Source of the DNA: Andalucia godoyi And28 | Lineage: Eukaryota > Protista > Jakobida | Assembly (NCBI GenBank): GCA_009859145.1 | Contig: VRVR01000025.1 | Location: 69,211-133,210 of the forward strand | Reading direction: 5' to 3' | DNA length: 64,000 nucleotides | Part shown: positions 41,945 to 51,757 of the stretch, piece by piece | How the letters are laid out: each line of letters starts with the position of its first letter | Position numbering within the stretch: the stretch's first letter is position 1 | The notes under the pieces: model-generated | The model's database searches: none | What the model was told of the DNA's origin: nothing | What the model saw: the letters and a program-made list of their open reading frames with translations, nothing else | Position numbers and translations under genes: made by a program

Positions 41945-42508
41945 TAGAATAATGACCCGTCATTGTCATGCATGCGGAAGAATGCATAATCTGACACGGT
42001 CGACACTGGCCGACACTAGCACGTTTGTTTCACAGGGAATTCGTGCTTACGCACGCTCGGCCAGAATTCAGCCGGTGACACAGGCTCTGCATTTTCGACA
42101 CTCTTTAACGCAGCATCCATAGCCATCTATTCTATCATTCGTTGGTTTGGTTTTTTGGTTTCACTTTTTTATTCAAATATGGGCGTGAGTGCGCTGGGAC
42201 GACGCATTCGCCTACGCCTACGCCGCCCGATACAGGGCCTCCTAGGTCCCGCAGACCTCCTAAGAGACCACGTGTCACTACGCCTGCTGCTAGGGCCGTC
42301 AGCATCAAAATGCACCCTTCTCAGGAACAACGTGTCGCGCTGAGAAAGTGGCTCACAGATTGATCGAGATTGGGAACGGAGCGCAGAACATCTATCTGAA
42401 GATCGCCGTGTGGCGTGTTGGGGGCCGATCCCCTTCCCGGCAACGGGATGCACGATTGAGTATGCATGTCTATTCGTAGATATGCATACTCAGTGTACAA
42501 CGTAGGCG
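41945..42508 (+). mobile_element. Family-1 non-autonomous Fanzor2/TnpB mini-element, copy B
   Basis: Same ends as copies A and C. Retains N-terminal PPKRPRV...RAVSIKMHPSQEQRVALRKW (IS605 OrfB HTH-like) fused by deletion to QIDRDW(+1)NGAQNIYLK. Confidence 0.92.
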
Positions 42509-42528
42509 TAGAAAAAGGTCCGGCGCAA
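42360..42528 (+). ncRNA. Predicted omegaRNA scaffold plus guide (copy B; 5' limit approximate)
   Basis: TCCCG-GCAA-CGGGA and the 16-bp TGAGTATGCATGTCTA-TTCG-TAGATATGCATACTCA stem; flank TAGAAAAAGGTCCGGCGCAA. Confidence 0.6.
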
Positions 42529-42771
42529 GAAATTTTGCAGCGCCTGTAAAGAAAGTCCCAGCCGTTTCTGAGTTTCTGATCGATGTCGGTTCGTTTGGGA
42601 CATTTTGGGGACTCTTTTTTTATATTTATTTGTTGGTTGACTTTTGAGGCTTTTAAACTGCGGAAACGGTTTCTTTTGCGAAGATTTTCTGTTTTCATCA
42701 CTCCGATTTACTCGTGCGTTTTCTTATTGGAGCCGGTGTTGTGGTCGGTGTTGTTTTTTGCGTAAAATCCA

Positions 42772-44557
42772 ATGTCCTCGCAAGCTGCTTTTGGAATTGT
42801 AAACCAATTGAGAGCCAACGGTATATCTGTTGAGCCTTCTGTGGTTCAGTTCATATATGACCGTCTTTCATCGAATGCAAATGTATGGGTTTTTTGCAGT
42901 TTTGCAGTTTTGCAGTTTTGCAGTTTTGCAGTGTTTCTTCTTGTTTTTCTTTTTCTGTTTTGTCTTTCCGTTTTCGTAGATCATTGGTTGATTGGGGAAT
43001 GAATGCTGATGATGATGATGATCTTGTTGTTATTGTTGGTTATAGGAAACGCTGAAAGTGTTGATGAGAGCAAATGACGCGAGAAAACAGACGTTTCGCA
43101 TGCAAGAGGTGTATACTACTACCATTCTGAATGTAGACAAGGCCGCAGAGTCGCAGCAAGCAGAGTTTCGAACGTTGGTGAAAAATACGTGTTTGGAAAT
43201 CGCGGCGCTGAACGGACGAAGCGCTCTGTCGGTTCTTGAGAATTTTGTGGGTTCCGAGTACATTTCAGTTGTGGGAGATGCATTGTCCACGTTTGATCCA
43301 AGAACGCTTTCGCAGACGGCAAATCTTGAAAAGTTCAGATTGGTTTGCATCGGACTTCGTGGACTTGAAAACGGGATCAACCACGAGCAACTCGCAAATG
43401 CATTCCAAAACACGTATGCTACTTTTTCGCAGACGGTGGATAAGTCCATGTTTGATCTTCAGCGTATGATCTCCAATTATGAATGCGTACTCAACGCACG
43501 TGACATTCTTGGAATCCCACCGCAAGCAATGCAAGAAGAACTATATAACAGAGTTCAGCTGATTGTGTGCTTGCGAGATGCAAAGTCACTTGCGGATGCA
43601 GCACATGAAGACCTGGCCGTCGCGAAGAATTCTCTGGATAATCTTTTGGAGTCCTTGACTCCGGATTCGAAACAGGAGGTCTTCCATGAGATCGGAAAGA
43701 GGTATGATGAAATGATCCACATTTCACCCTTGCTGCAGAAGGCCGTCATTGTGGCCCGCCAGATGGAACAGTTTTTGCAGTTTGACTCGTCGCTGCAGCC
43801 GTCGCTTGTCGAAAAAGCGTTTGAGGTGTCAAAGTCTCTGCCTGTTCGGAAACCACTTTCTGAGCAAGCGCATGGTTCAGACTCAAAGGGGTTTGCAGAA
43901 AGGACTCCGTTCAATGGAAAGAGGGTCCAGCTCAACGGTTTCGATGCAGTTGAGCTCGTCGACGGTCGTGGAGTGCTGCTTTCTGGCTCTCCTGATTTCT
44001 GCGTGCGCTACGCGGATGGCTTGTTTTTGTTCTCATCCTCCCAAAACGCAGACTCCTTTTGCGCTGCCCCTGCTGCGTACTTGGATGCGGTTCTTGCAGA
44101 AGCATTTGAGGGCCCCGAGCTCATCATTCTGCTTGGACTGTCGTCGCTGCTGCCGCTCGAATCCGTGCTTGCTTCTGTCGATTCTCGAGTTGGATCGTTT
44201 GGACAGGTTGGTTTCAGCGGCACCGCGCCTCCCAAGAAGGTGGATATGGGAACGGAAACCCCGGTGCATTTTGTTGAGAGACACATCGATCCAAAGTACA
44301 CGTTCAGCGAATGGGAATTGCGACGCCGAGCGCTCCAGATGGCGGATCTGCGCAACAAGAGAACCAAGGGTCTCCAAACGAACAAGAGCCACTTTCGCCG
44401 AGAAAACGAATCCCAAGTGTACTTGCCGAAGGCCCAGGCCGTGCAGACGGCAAAGGAATCAGGTACTCAAGGAAAGAAAACCGTTCGGTACATCGGAGGC
44501 CTTCGTGGCGACAAGGACACAAAGATGAATGTTGTCACTCTCGAGATCGATTTGTAA
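42772..44557 (+). CDS. CFAP206: Cilia- and flagella-associated protein 206 (intron 42883-43045)
   Basis: GTETPVHFVERHIDPKYTFSEWELRRRALQMADLR...QTNKSHFRRENESQVY C-terminus; GTATG...ATAG intron keeps frame. Confidence 0.9.
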
Positions 44558-44929
44558 ATAGCCTCTCAAACTCTCCTTTTTTTTATTTTCCCATTCATCC
44601 TGGGCATAGTCCACTTCCCCGATGGAAGGATCTTCCGGGAAGTGCCCTTGCCAACCGGCGCGCGCAATCCATCGACATAAGAAGAATCTGATACTGCAGG
44701 AATGTCAATAATCACGGGGACATAACTTCCTTTATGGCTGGCCCAAAGACTGCATCGTCGGAAGAAGCACCAGCAGAGGGACCCCAGAAGCAGAAGTAGG
44801 CAACGGGTGCAGGAGACGGGATTGAGAAAAGGAAATTTCAAATAAAAAGAATACAAAACGGAAGAACGGGAACGGCAGAAATCTTGGTCTCTCTGAATTC
44901 AATGTTATGGAAACGCATTTCTCCTTCTT

Positions 44930-44970
44930 CTTTTCTTTTCTTTTCTTTTCTTTTCTTTTCTTTTCTTTTC
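44930..44970. repeat. (CTTTT)n pentanucleotide repeat
   Basis: Read directly. Confidence 0.9.
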
Positions 44971-45065
44971 TTTTTTTGTGCTCAATAACGTTCTTTGTTT
45001 GCCCTGCGAATGTGCTCATGGATCGCGGCCGAAATTCAGGCGGTGGGCTTTGCTAGAAACAAGAA

Positions 45066-47138
45066 ATGAGGCGCATATTCATTAGAATCCATGGGGCTCC
45101 GCAGTCCTCGGTATACTTGATAAAGGATGACGCGACGTGGAGCGACGTGTGCATGGATGTGAGGACTCGTCTCGATGAGTTTGGATTCTCAAACTTGTCT
45201 GTACCGGCTGAAGGTCTTTCTGCACTCTATGCGATGCATGGGCAGTCTGAATCTGTGTTTGCACCTTCGGCAGTCGCTAGCGCCACCGTGAAGGAAGATG
45301 AAATCGTGAAGTTCATGTTCTCTTCCTCACCGACACTGCAATCGCTGGATGCTGCTCGACCGCAAGGTCAGTTGCCCGTACCTCGGTCCCTTGAACCGGA
45401 ATCGCTCCCTTCAGAAAAATCCACGAAACTGTATGTTTGGGCGAATATCGAGAACCTGGTTTCGCAATTGTTGGTTCTGGCCTCGCACATTGAGAATTCA
45501 AGCCATCCTCACTGTCTGCTTCTCATTGTCTGTTCGACTGTCGAGGCGTTTGCACTGTCTCGTGTGTTGATGCGGTTGCAAGTTCGTGCAGCTTCCGTGA
45601 ACACTGTGGCCGAGGTTTCCGATCTGTCCTTTTTGTCGTCGGTTCACCGAGTATTGTGCATCCCTTCTTGCTGGATCTCGTCCGCCGTCAGCGCCCAGTT
45701 CCCTACTGTTGTGTTTCTGTCTCGTGAAATCCGACTGCAGATTTGCGGAAATCCAGATTTTGCAGACATTGAAGAGCGATGCGCGTTGATGCATTTTGAA
45801 TTTTTAGACGAACACTCTAGTGCTTCAAAGCTGGAAACGTTTGCCGCAGGGCGGAGTCCTCTCAGCATCAGCGTTCTCCGAAGAGTGCCATCGCAAGGCA
45901 ATGTGCATGCATGTTTGCTAGCACCATGGCAGGAATCAGTCATTCGAGAAATCACGACCTTCCATTTCAGTCTTTGTGCTTGGTTGACCGAACAGAGTCT
46001 GAGTCTGGACTTGCTTTCCAAGAACTGTGGTGCTCGTCTGTGGGAGGAACTATGTCATCATGCAGAGAAGTGTGCCATTCTGTTCTTTCAACGCCCAGAC
46101 TTCGCGCGTGTGTTTCGAGTACTTCGCATTCTCTCGCACCTGATGCGAATCGTCAATGAATCCAATGCCCTTGTCACTCTCAACTTTTTGGATGCCATGA
46201 AGCGCAAATGCGACTCCGAGTTCCCTTCCGGTACGGACGATGGCGACAAGATATGTCGCTGGCTCTCTTCCGTATTCACGGCTCTTGTCCATGCTCTAGA
46301 ATCCGTTCCTCATTCCCAGCCGCCCAGTCCGCGCTGTGAGCTGCTGGCCAAGTTTGCCGCTGAATACATGAGTTCACACCCCAAGGAGTATGTTCTGTTG
46401 GTGCTGTCGTCGTCTGCTGTTTCCCAGTATCTCTCATTTGCATTCCCGGGTGTTCTGTCGCCCTCCTCCCGTCTCATCCACTTTGTATCCGCGTATCCAA
46501 TCGTTAGCGACGGCAGTCTGACTCGGGAGCAGCTCCAGTGCCACACGATCATTCGCTTCGACTGCTTGGGGCCTGCTTCCGTGCTCGACTCCATCCCGTG
46601 TCTTGATCGCGTATCGGATGCCAAGACTGTCATCCTGGAGTCTCATATCCATGACGTGCACCAACGTGAGGAATCTCTCAAGGCACGGATTCTTCAACAT
46701 ACATCACCAATACCATCGCTGTATGATGCGTCGCTCCTGGTATCGTCTTCTCCGAGTTCCGTCAAACGGCGAAAGCGAGATCTGGAAGATGCGCAGCCGC
46801 CTGCCCCCGCGGCCTCTCTCCAACAGGCCACCCAGGAGCCTTCCGAGCACGCTCTCGCATCCGCGAAAACAAATCTGTACTTGTATCTCAACAAGTACAA
46901 CTTGCCAATGCCCAAGTACGAGGTTGTCGAATCGTTTGGACCCGCACACAAGAAGCGTTTCCGCGTCAGAGTGATGCATGGAGAGCATGATTTCGTGTGC
47001 GAAGGCTCGTCTGTCAAGAACGCAGAGCGCAGAGGCGCGCACAGTCTCCTTGAGGCGTTTTACGGGGCCGCCTCCTCCGCCCCTCTCACTACCCTTTCCG
47101 TCGAACTGAAGCACCAGTACACTGCTCCGCCGTCCTGA
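45066..47138 (+). CDS. dsRNA-binding-domain protein with degenerate Dicer/RIG-I-like helicase region
   Basis: C-terminal dsRBD (AKTNLYLY...PKYEVV..GPAHKKRF....V...GSSVKNAERRGA). Middle segments PRCELLAKF...YVLLVL and CHTIIRFD resemble helicase-2 motifs without catalytic residues. Confidence 0.65.
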   Translation: MRRIFIRIHGAPQSSVYLIKDDATWSDVCMDVRTRLDEFGFSNLSVPAEGLSALYAMHGQSESVFAPSAVASATVKEDEIVKFMFSSSPTLQSLDAARPQGQLPVPRSLEPESLPSEKSTKLYVWANIENLVSQLLVLASHIENSSHPHCLLLIVCSTVEAFALSRVLMRLQVRAASVNTVAEVSDLSFLSSVHRVLCIPSCWISSAVSAQFPTVVFLSREIRLQICGNPDFADIEERCALMHFEFLDEHSSASKLETFAAGRSPLSISVLRRVPSQGNVHACLLAPWQESVIREITTFHFSLCAWLTEQSLSLDLLSKNCGARLWEELCHHAEKCAILFFQRPDFARVFRVLRILSHLMRIVNESNALVTLNFLDAMKRKCDSEFPSGTDDGDKICRWLSSVFTALVHALESVPHSQPPSPRCELLAKFAAEYMSSHPKEYVLLVLSSSAVSQYLSFAFPGVLSPSSRLIHFVSAYPIVSDGSLTREQLQCHTIIRFDCLGPASVLDSIPCLDRVSDAKTVILESHIHDVHQREESLKARILQHTSPIPSLYDASLLVSSSPSSVKRRKRDLEDAQPPAPAASLQQATQEPSEHALASAKTNLYLYLNKYNLPMPKYEVVESFGPAHKKRFRVRVMHGEHDFVCEGSSVKNAERRGAHSLLEAFYGAASSAPLTTLSVELKHQYTAPPS

Positions 47139-47350
47139 CATGCGCTTCTCTCTGCCATCCGCTCGCCATGTAGTCTCCCTTTCCCAGGAAAAGAGGAGAT
47201 TGCAAGGCGGGTGAAAACAATGAGTGCCAACAACAACAACAACAACAGCAAGAAGAAGCAGAAAACGCACTACTTTTTTTAATTACATAATACACAAAGA
47301 GCTGACAACAAACACGAATTTATCCCGAGAAAACGGTATGTACATCCAAT

Positions 47351-47707
47351 CTACTCTTGCCCAACTCCATCATCCGATCGCGATGCCATATCTACTCAAC
47401 ACCAATATTAATTATTAAAAACAAGATCCAGCAAGAAAACACGAGGGGGAACAAAGAAAATACGCGCATAAAGGGAGATTATCAAGTAAATGGAAGGAGG
47501 AGAGGGGATTGACATACAGTTATAATTGAGAAGCTTCTCGATGAGGTCGACGTGGGTCAAGAGCATTCTTCGGCAGCAATATCGCTTCAATCCCAGCTCG
47601 TCCAAAGACTCGTTTTCTGATCGACCTTCGCGGATGTTTCTGACATAGGTCTCATACTTGTTTCCAATTACCTTTCCACACGTAAAGCAGCGCACAGGGA
47701 TGATCAT
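47351..47707 (-). CDS. RPB10: RNA polymerase I/II/III subunit RPABC5 (intron 47392-47517)
   Basis: [15 protein letters not shown]...[21 protein letters not shown]; GTATG...GTAG intron. Confidence 0.95.
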
Positions 47708-48347
47708 TTTCCGGGATGCCTCTCTTCCGCAATAAGCAAACAACAACAAACAAAAACTTTAATTATGAAACTTTTTATCCACCCCCAAAAAAAAACCCCC
47801 TTTAAAATAATAAATAATAAAAAGTAAAAAATACAATTGAAGAAAAGCTTTTTTTTAAAAAAAATTCAGTGAATGGAAAGATGCTCTAACAACATGCAGA
47901 TAAGCAGAGACAGAGAGAGAGAAAGAGAGGGCGAGAAAAAATCGTAGATGCGCGCAGACGTCAAGAGAGGCACAATACAAAATGCACAGTGAAATGAGAA
48001 AGGACGGTGGGGGGTTTTCTTACAGCAGTTGACGACGAAAAATTGAAAGGTTTTACGGTATTCACGTTGATGCTCAATCCTTGGTGATTTTCTTTTCTTT
48101 CGTTTTTTTATTTTTTTTATTATGATTTTTTGATTTGCTTTGTGAATCAGATTCTGCTCATCAAGGCTTGTTATTATTATAATTATTTTTCTTGTCTTGT
48201 CGTATTTTATAGTGTGACGAGGAGAAAAGAGGAGGGGTGGAAAAGAAACGAGAAGAAGAAGACAGAAGAACGATTTTTTATTATTTTTTTTTTAATTTAA
48301 AATTTTAAAGAAAGAGGAGGTTGTTCGGATTGTTCAGGTTGGCGGGT

Positions 48348-51300
48348 ATGTTTCGGGTTTCCAAGGTTCTTTGTGAGTCGAGGAAGTTTTCTGTGGGTAA
48401 TGTTGTGCATGGATGGCGAGTTGTGTCGATTGATAACATTCCAGAGCTTCATGGGTTGAATGCAGTCCAGCTTGTGCATGAGCGACTTGGTTCTCTCTTC
48501 CTTCATCTCGATGCTCCAGACACGAATAATGTGTTTTCCGTGACATTTCGGACACCAGTTTCCTCAAATAATGGTATTCCACATATATTGGAACACACAA
48601 CGCTGTGTGGATCGAAAAAGTATCCTGTCCGCGATCCGTTTTTCAATATGATTAAGCGATCCCTCAACACGTACATGGTATGCCTTCTTTTCGCTTTTCG
48701 TGCTGTTTTGTTGTTTGTGCTGACGCGTGCTTTTATGATGCTGTAGAATGCCTGGACTGCTGGGTCGTATACAATGTATCCATTCTCGACGCAGAATGCA
48801 AAGGATTTTGAGAATCTGCTCTCAGTGTACACGGATGCGGTTTTCTTTCCGAATTTGGAGAAACAGGACTTTCTGCAAGAAGGACATCGGCTGGAGTGGG
48901 ACAAGTCGACGAATTCGTTTGTGCTGAAAGGCGTTGTTTTCAACGAAATGAAGGGAGTGATGAACGACCCTTCCACGTTGTTTGCATTGCGAATGATGAC
49001 GGAGATGCTGCCGAATACCCCGTACGCCAATTACTCCGGAGGCGACCCCTTGGAAATTCCGTCGTTGACGCATGAAGAACTGGTTGCATTCCAGCAGAAA
49101 CACTATCATCCTTCCAATGCGCGGTTTGTGACGTATGGTTCGTTCGGACCCGAGAAGACGCTGCAGTTTTTGAACGATAAGATCTTCCCCTCTTTTGAGA
49201 AGCGGTTGGATGTGCCATCAGCTCCCAACGCCGTCACAACGTTCGCCAGGCCAAAGATCCTTGAGATGACCGGCCCTGCGGATCCACTTCGAAGCGTTTC
49301 TGAGCAAGGAGTCCGATGGGCTCGGTCATATCTATGTTGCGATGCGCAGGATGTGGATCAGAGCTCCGCTTTGCAAGTGGTCTCTTCGTTGCTGTTGGAT
49401 GGCCCATCTTCTCCGATGTTCAAGGCTCTGATCAAAAGTGGTCTTGCACCGGATTTTGCTCCAATGACGGGGTATGATTACCACACACGCTCGACAATGC
49501 TGACTCTCGGTGTTTCCGGAGCGCAGGAAAGTGAGCTTGGAATGATCAAGGGCGTCATTGACCATACTCTCATCGAAAGTGCCGACAAGGGATTTGATCC
49601 GCAGCGGGTGCGAGCGTTGATTCACAAACTTCAACTGTCACTGAGAAAAACACAGGCAAATTTTGGCTTGAATTTGGCGTCGAGGATCATGCCGTTCTGG
49701 GTTCACGACTGCAATCCAGTCGACTTGTTGCGTGTCAATCGGTTTACGGAACAGCTGCAGAAGGCCGTGGATCATCCGAGATCTAGGCTGCTGGAGTCGC
49801 TCGTGGAGCAGTATTTGCTGCCGAATGTGAATCCGCATACGGTAGAATTGCTCATGAGACCCGACGAGACGTTTGCATCCAAACAGACGGAGAAGGAAGA
49901 ACGCATACTGCGAGAAAAGGCCACGGCTGCCGATCGCAATGAAGTTGTTCGCGTCCAAGAAGAACTGGAGAGTCGTCAACAGCAGAAACAAGACATCTCA
50001 TGCCTTCCTTGCATTTCTTTGGAGGACGTTAGTCCAACTGTGGAGTTTCATACCATGCAATTTTCTTTTCCCACAAGGCAACTGAACTCTACTGTTGTCT
50101 TCAACGATCAACCGACGAATGGTATTGTTTATTTCTCTCGAATTTTGCCTGTGGACCTGAGGTGCGTTCCGCAGTCCAAGATCATGATGCTAAATTTGTT
50201 TGTTTCGTTTCTCCCTCGACTTGGCACACAGTCTTTCGCAGAAGACGAGCTATCTGTTGCCCTTGATTCCGCAGCGGACTCCGTTTCTGTGGGGTCTCTG
50301 ATCACAAACGATGAAACTGCGTTTGTTCTGGGAGCTTCCGCACTTGCGGATGGTTCGTTTTTCGACTCCAAATGGCGCAAGACGTCGGAGCTGCTCTACG
50401 AGATTCTTGAGTCTCCTAGGTTGGACAATGTCGATCGTGTTTCTCAGATGTTGCGAACCATGATGCAGCAGCTTCCTTCCGAGATTAGCGATTCAGGAAG
50501 TTCATTGGCAATGCGTTATGCCGCAGCAGGGCTGTCCCAGGAACATGAGATCATGGAACTGACGAGCGGAATCTCGTACATTCGCAATGCCATGCGATTG
50601 GGGGATGACCCAACGTATGTGCTTTCCATGATCCGAGACTGGCTGGGCTCGCTGTACAATGCTCAGATGGAGGCGCTTCGGGGCCCTGCCAATTCGATCG
50701 CTGTCGGAACAGCGAGAAGTTTGTACATTGGACCAACGGAACTGCTCAAGCAGTGTGCGCCGGCATTTTCCCGCCCGTTCTCTCCGTCCGTGTCGCTCCG
50801 GCCTGACCTGAACCAGGAGTTACCGTCGCAAGTTGTCGAATTCAAGAACCACGCATACTTCGTCACTCCGGCGTCCCAAGTGGAATACGCTGCTGGTGTC
50901 ATGAAGACAGACATTGCGTATGAGTCGCTGGACTCAGTCGCGTCGCAGGTGCTTGTTCGAATTCTGTCTTCGCAGTACCTGCATCGGCTGGTCCGTGAGC
51001 AAGGTGGGGCGTATGGCTCCAGCGCATCCTTCAACGTTCTCAATGGGTCTTTTGGAATGTCGTCTTTCCGAGACCCGAATGGCCTGAGATCGATCAGTCT
51101 GTTTCAAGGAGGCCTCGCGTGGCTGAAGCAATACAACGTAACAGAGCAGGATTTGACGGAAGCCAAGCTCGAAATGTTCCAAGGAATGGACGCACCCACC
51201 GTGCCCCAAAGCCGCGGGTCCCTGGCATTTTTGCGAGGAATCTCAGACGAACAGAGACAGCGGCGGAAACAGTGGATCCGTTCCTTGGTGGCGGAGGACG

Positions 51301-51443
51301 TATATCGTGTGGCGGACCGCTTAGAAGGCCATCTGAAGAAGCACGGGATGCGTGTCTGCATTTTTGGTTCTGCCGAAGGTGCCAAGAAGGCGGAAAGGGA
51401 GGGCTGGACAGTCGAGGATTTGTCGATGAATTCCGAGGTCTGA
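48348..51443 (+). CDS. PITRM1: Presequence protease (M16C; PreP/Cym1) (intron 48678-48746)
   Basis: GIPHILEHTTLCGSKKYPVRDPFF, RSLNTYM|NAWT, LQEGHRLE, KGVVFNEMKG and REQGGAYG motifs. Confidence 0.95.
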
Positions 51444-51757
51444 TGCACGGAGGAAGAGGACCGGTCTAATGTTGATGATGAAGACGACGACGACGACGAT
51501 GGAGAATAAGGTGGAGAAGCGAACAATGTCAGCAATAGCGGAGTGCCGACAGCAATTGATACCCGCAGTTTTGGGACTTTTGCCTGGTTCTTCGGAATCG
51601 GCAAACTCGTGAAAACCCATATTTGTTACCAGCTGCCAGCGAGTCTGGCCAAAACCGACAAAATTGGTGGATAGAACGATATTCAAAACAAAATACAATA
51701 ATAATAATAATCACTGTAATAATAATAATGATAATAATAGGTAAATATAATGCGAGT

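Noticed and set aside
44566-45019. Small minus-strand ORFs between CFAP206 and the dsRBD gene
   Set aside because: No recognisable domain, one is built on a CTTTT repeat, and no consistent spliced model could be made.
31356-47707. RPB8 and RPB10 in the same window as a polymerase gene cluster
   Set aside because: 16 kb apart with unrelated genes between them; probably coincidence.
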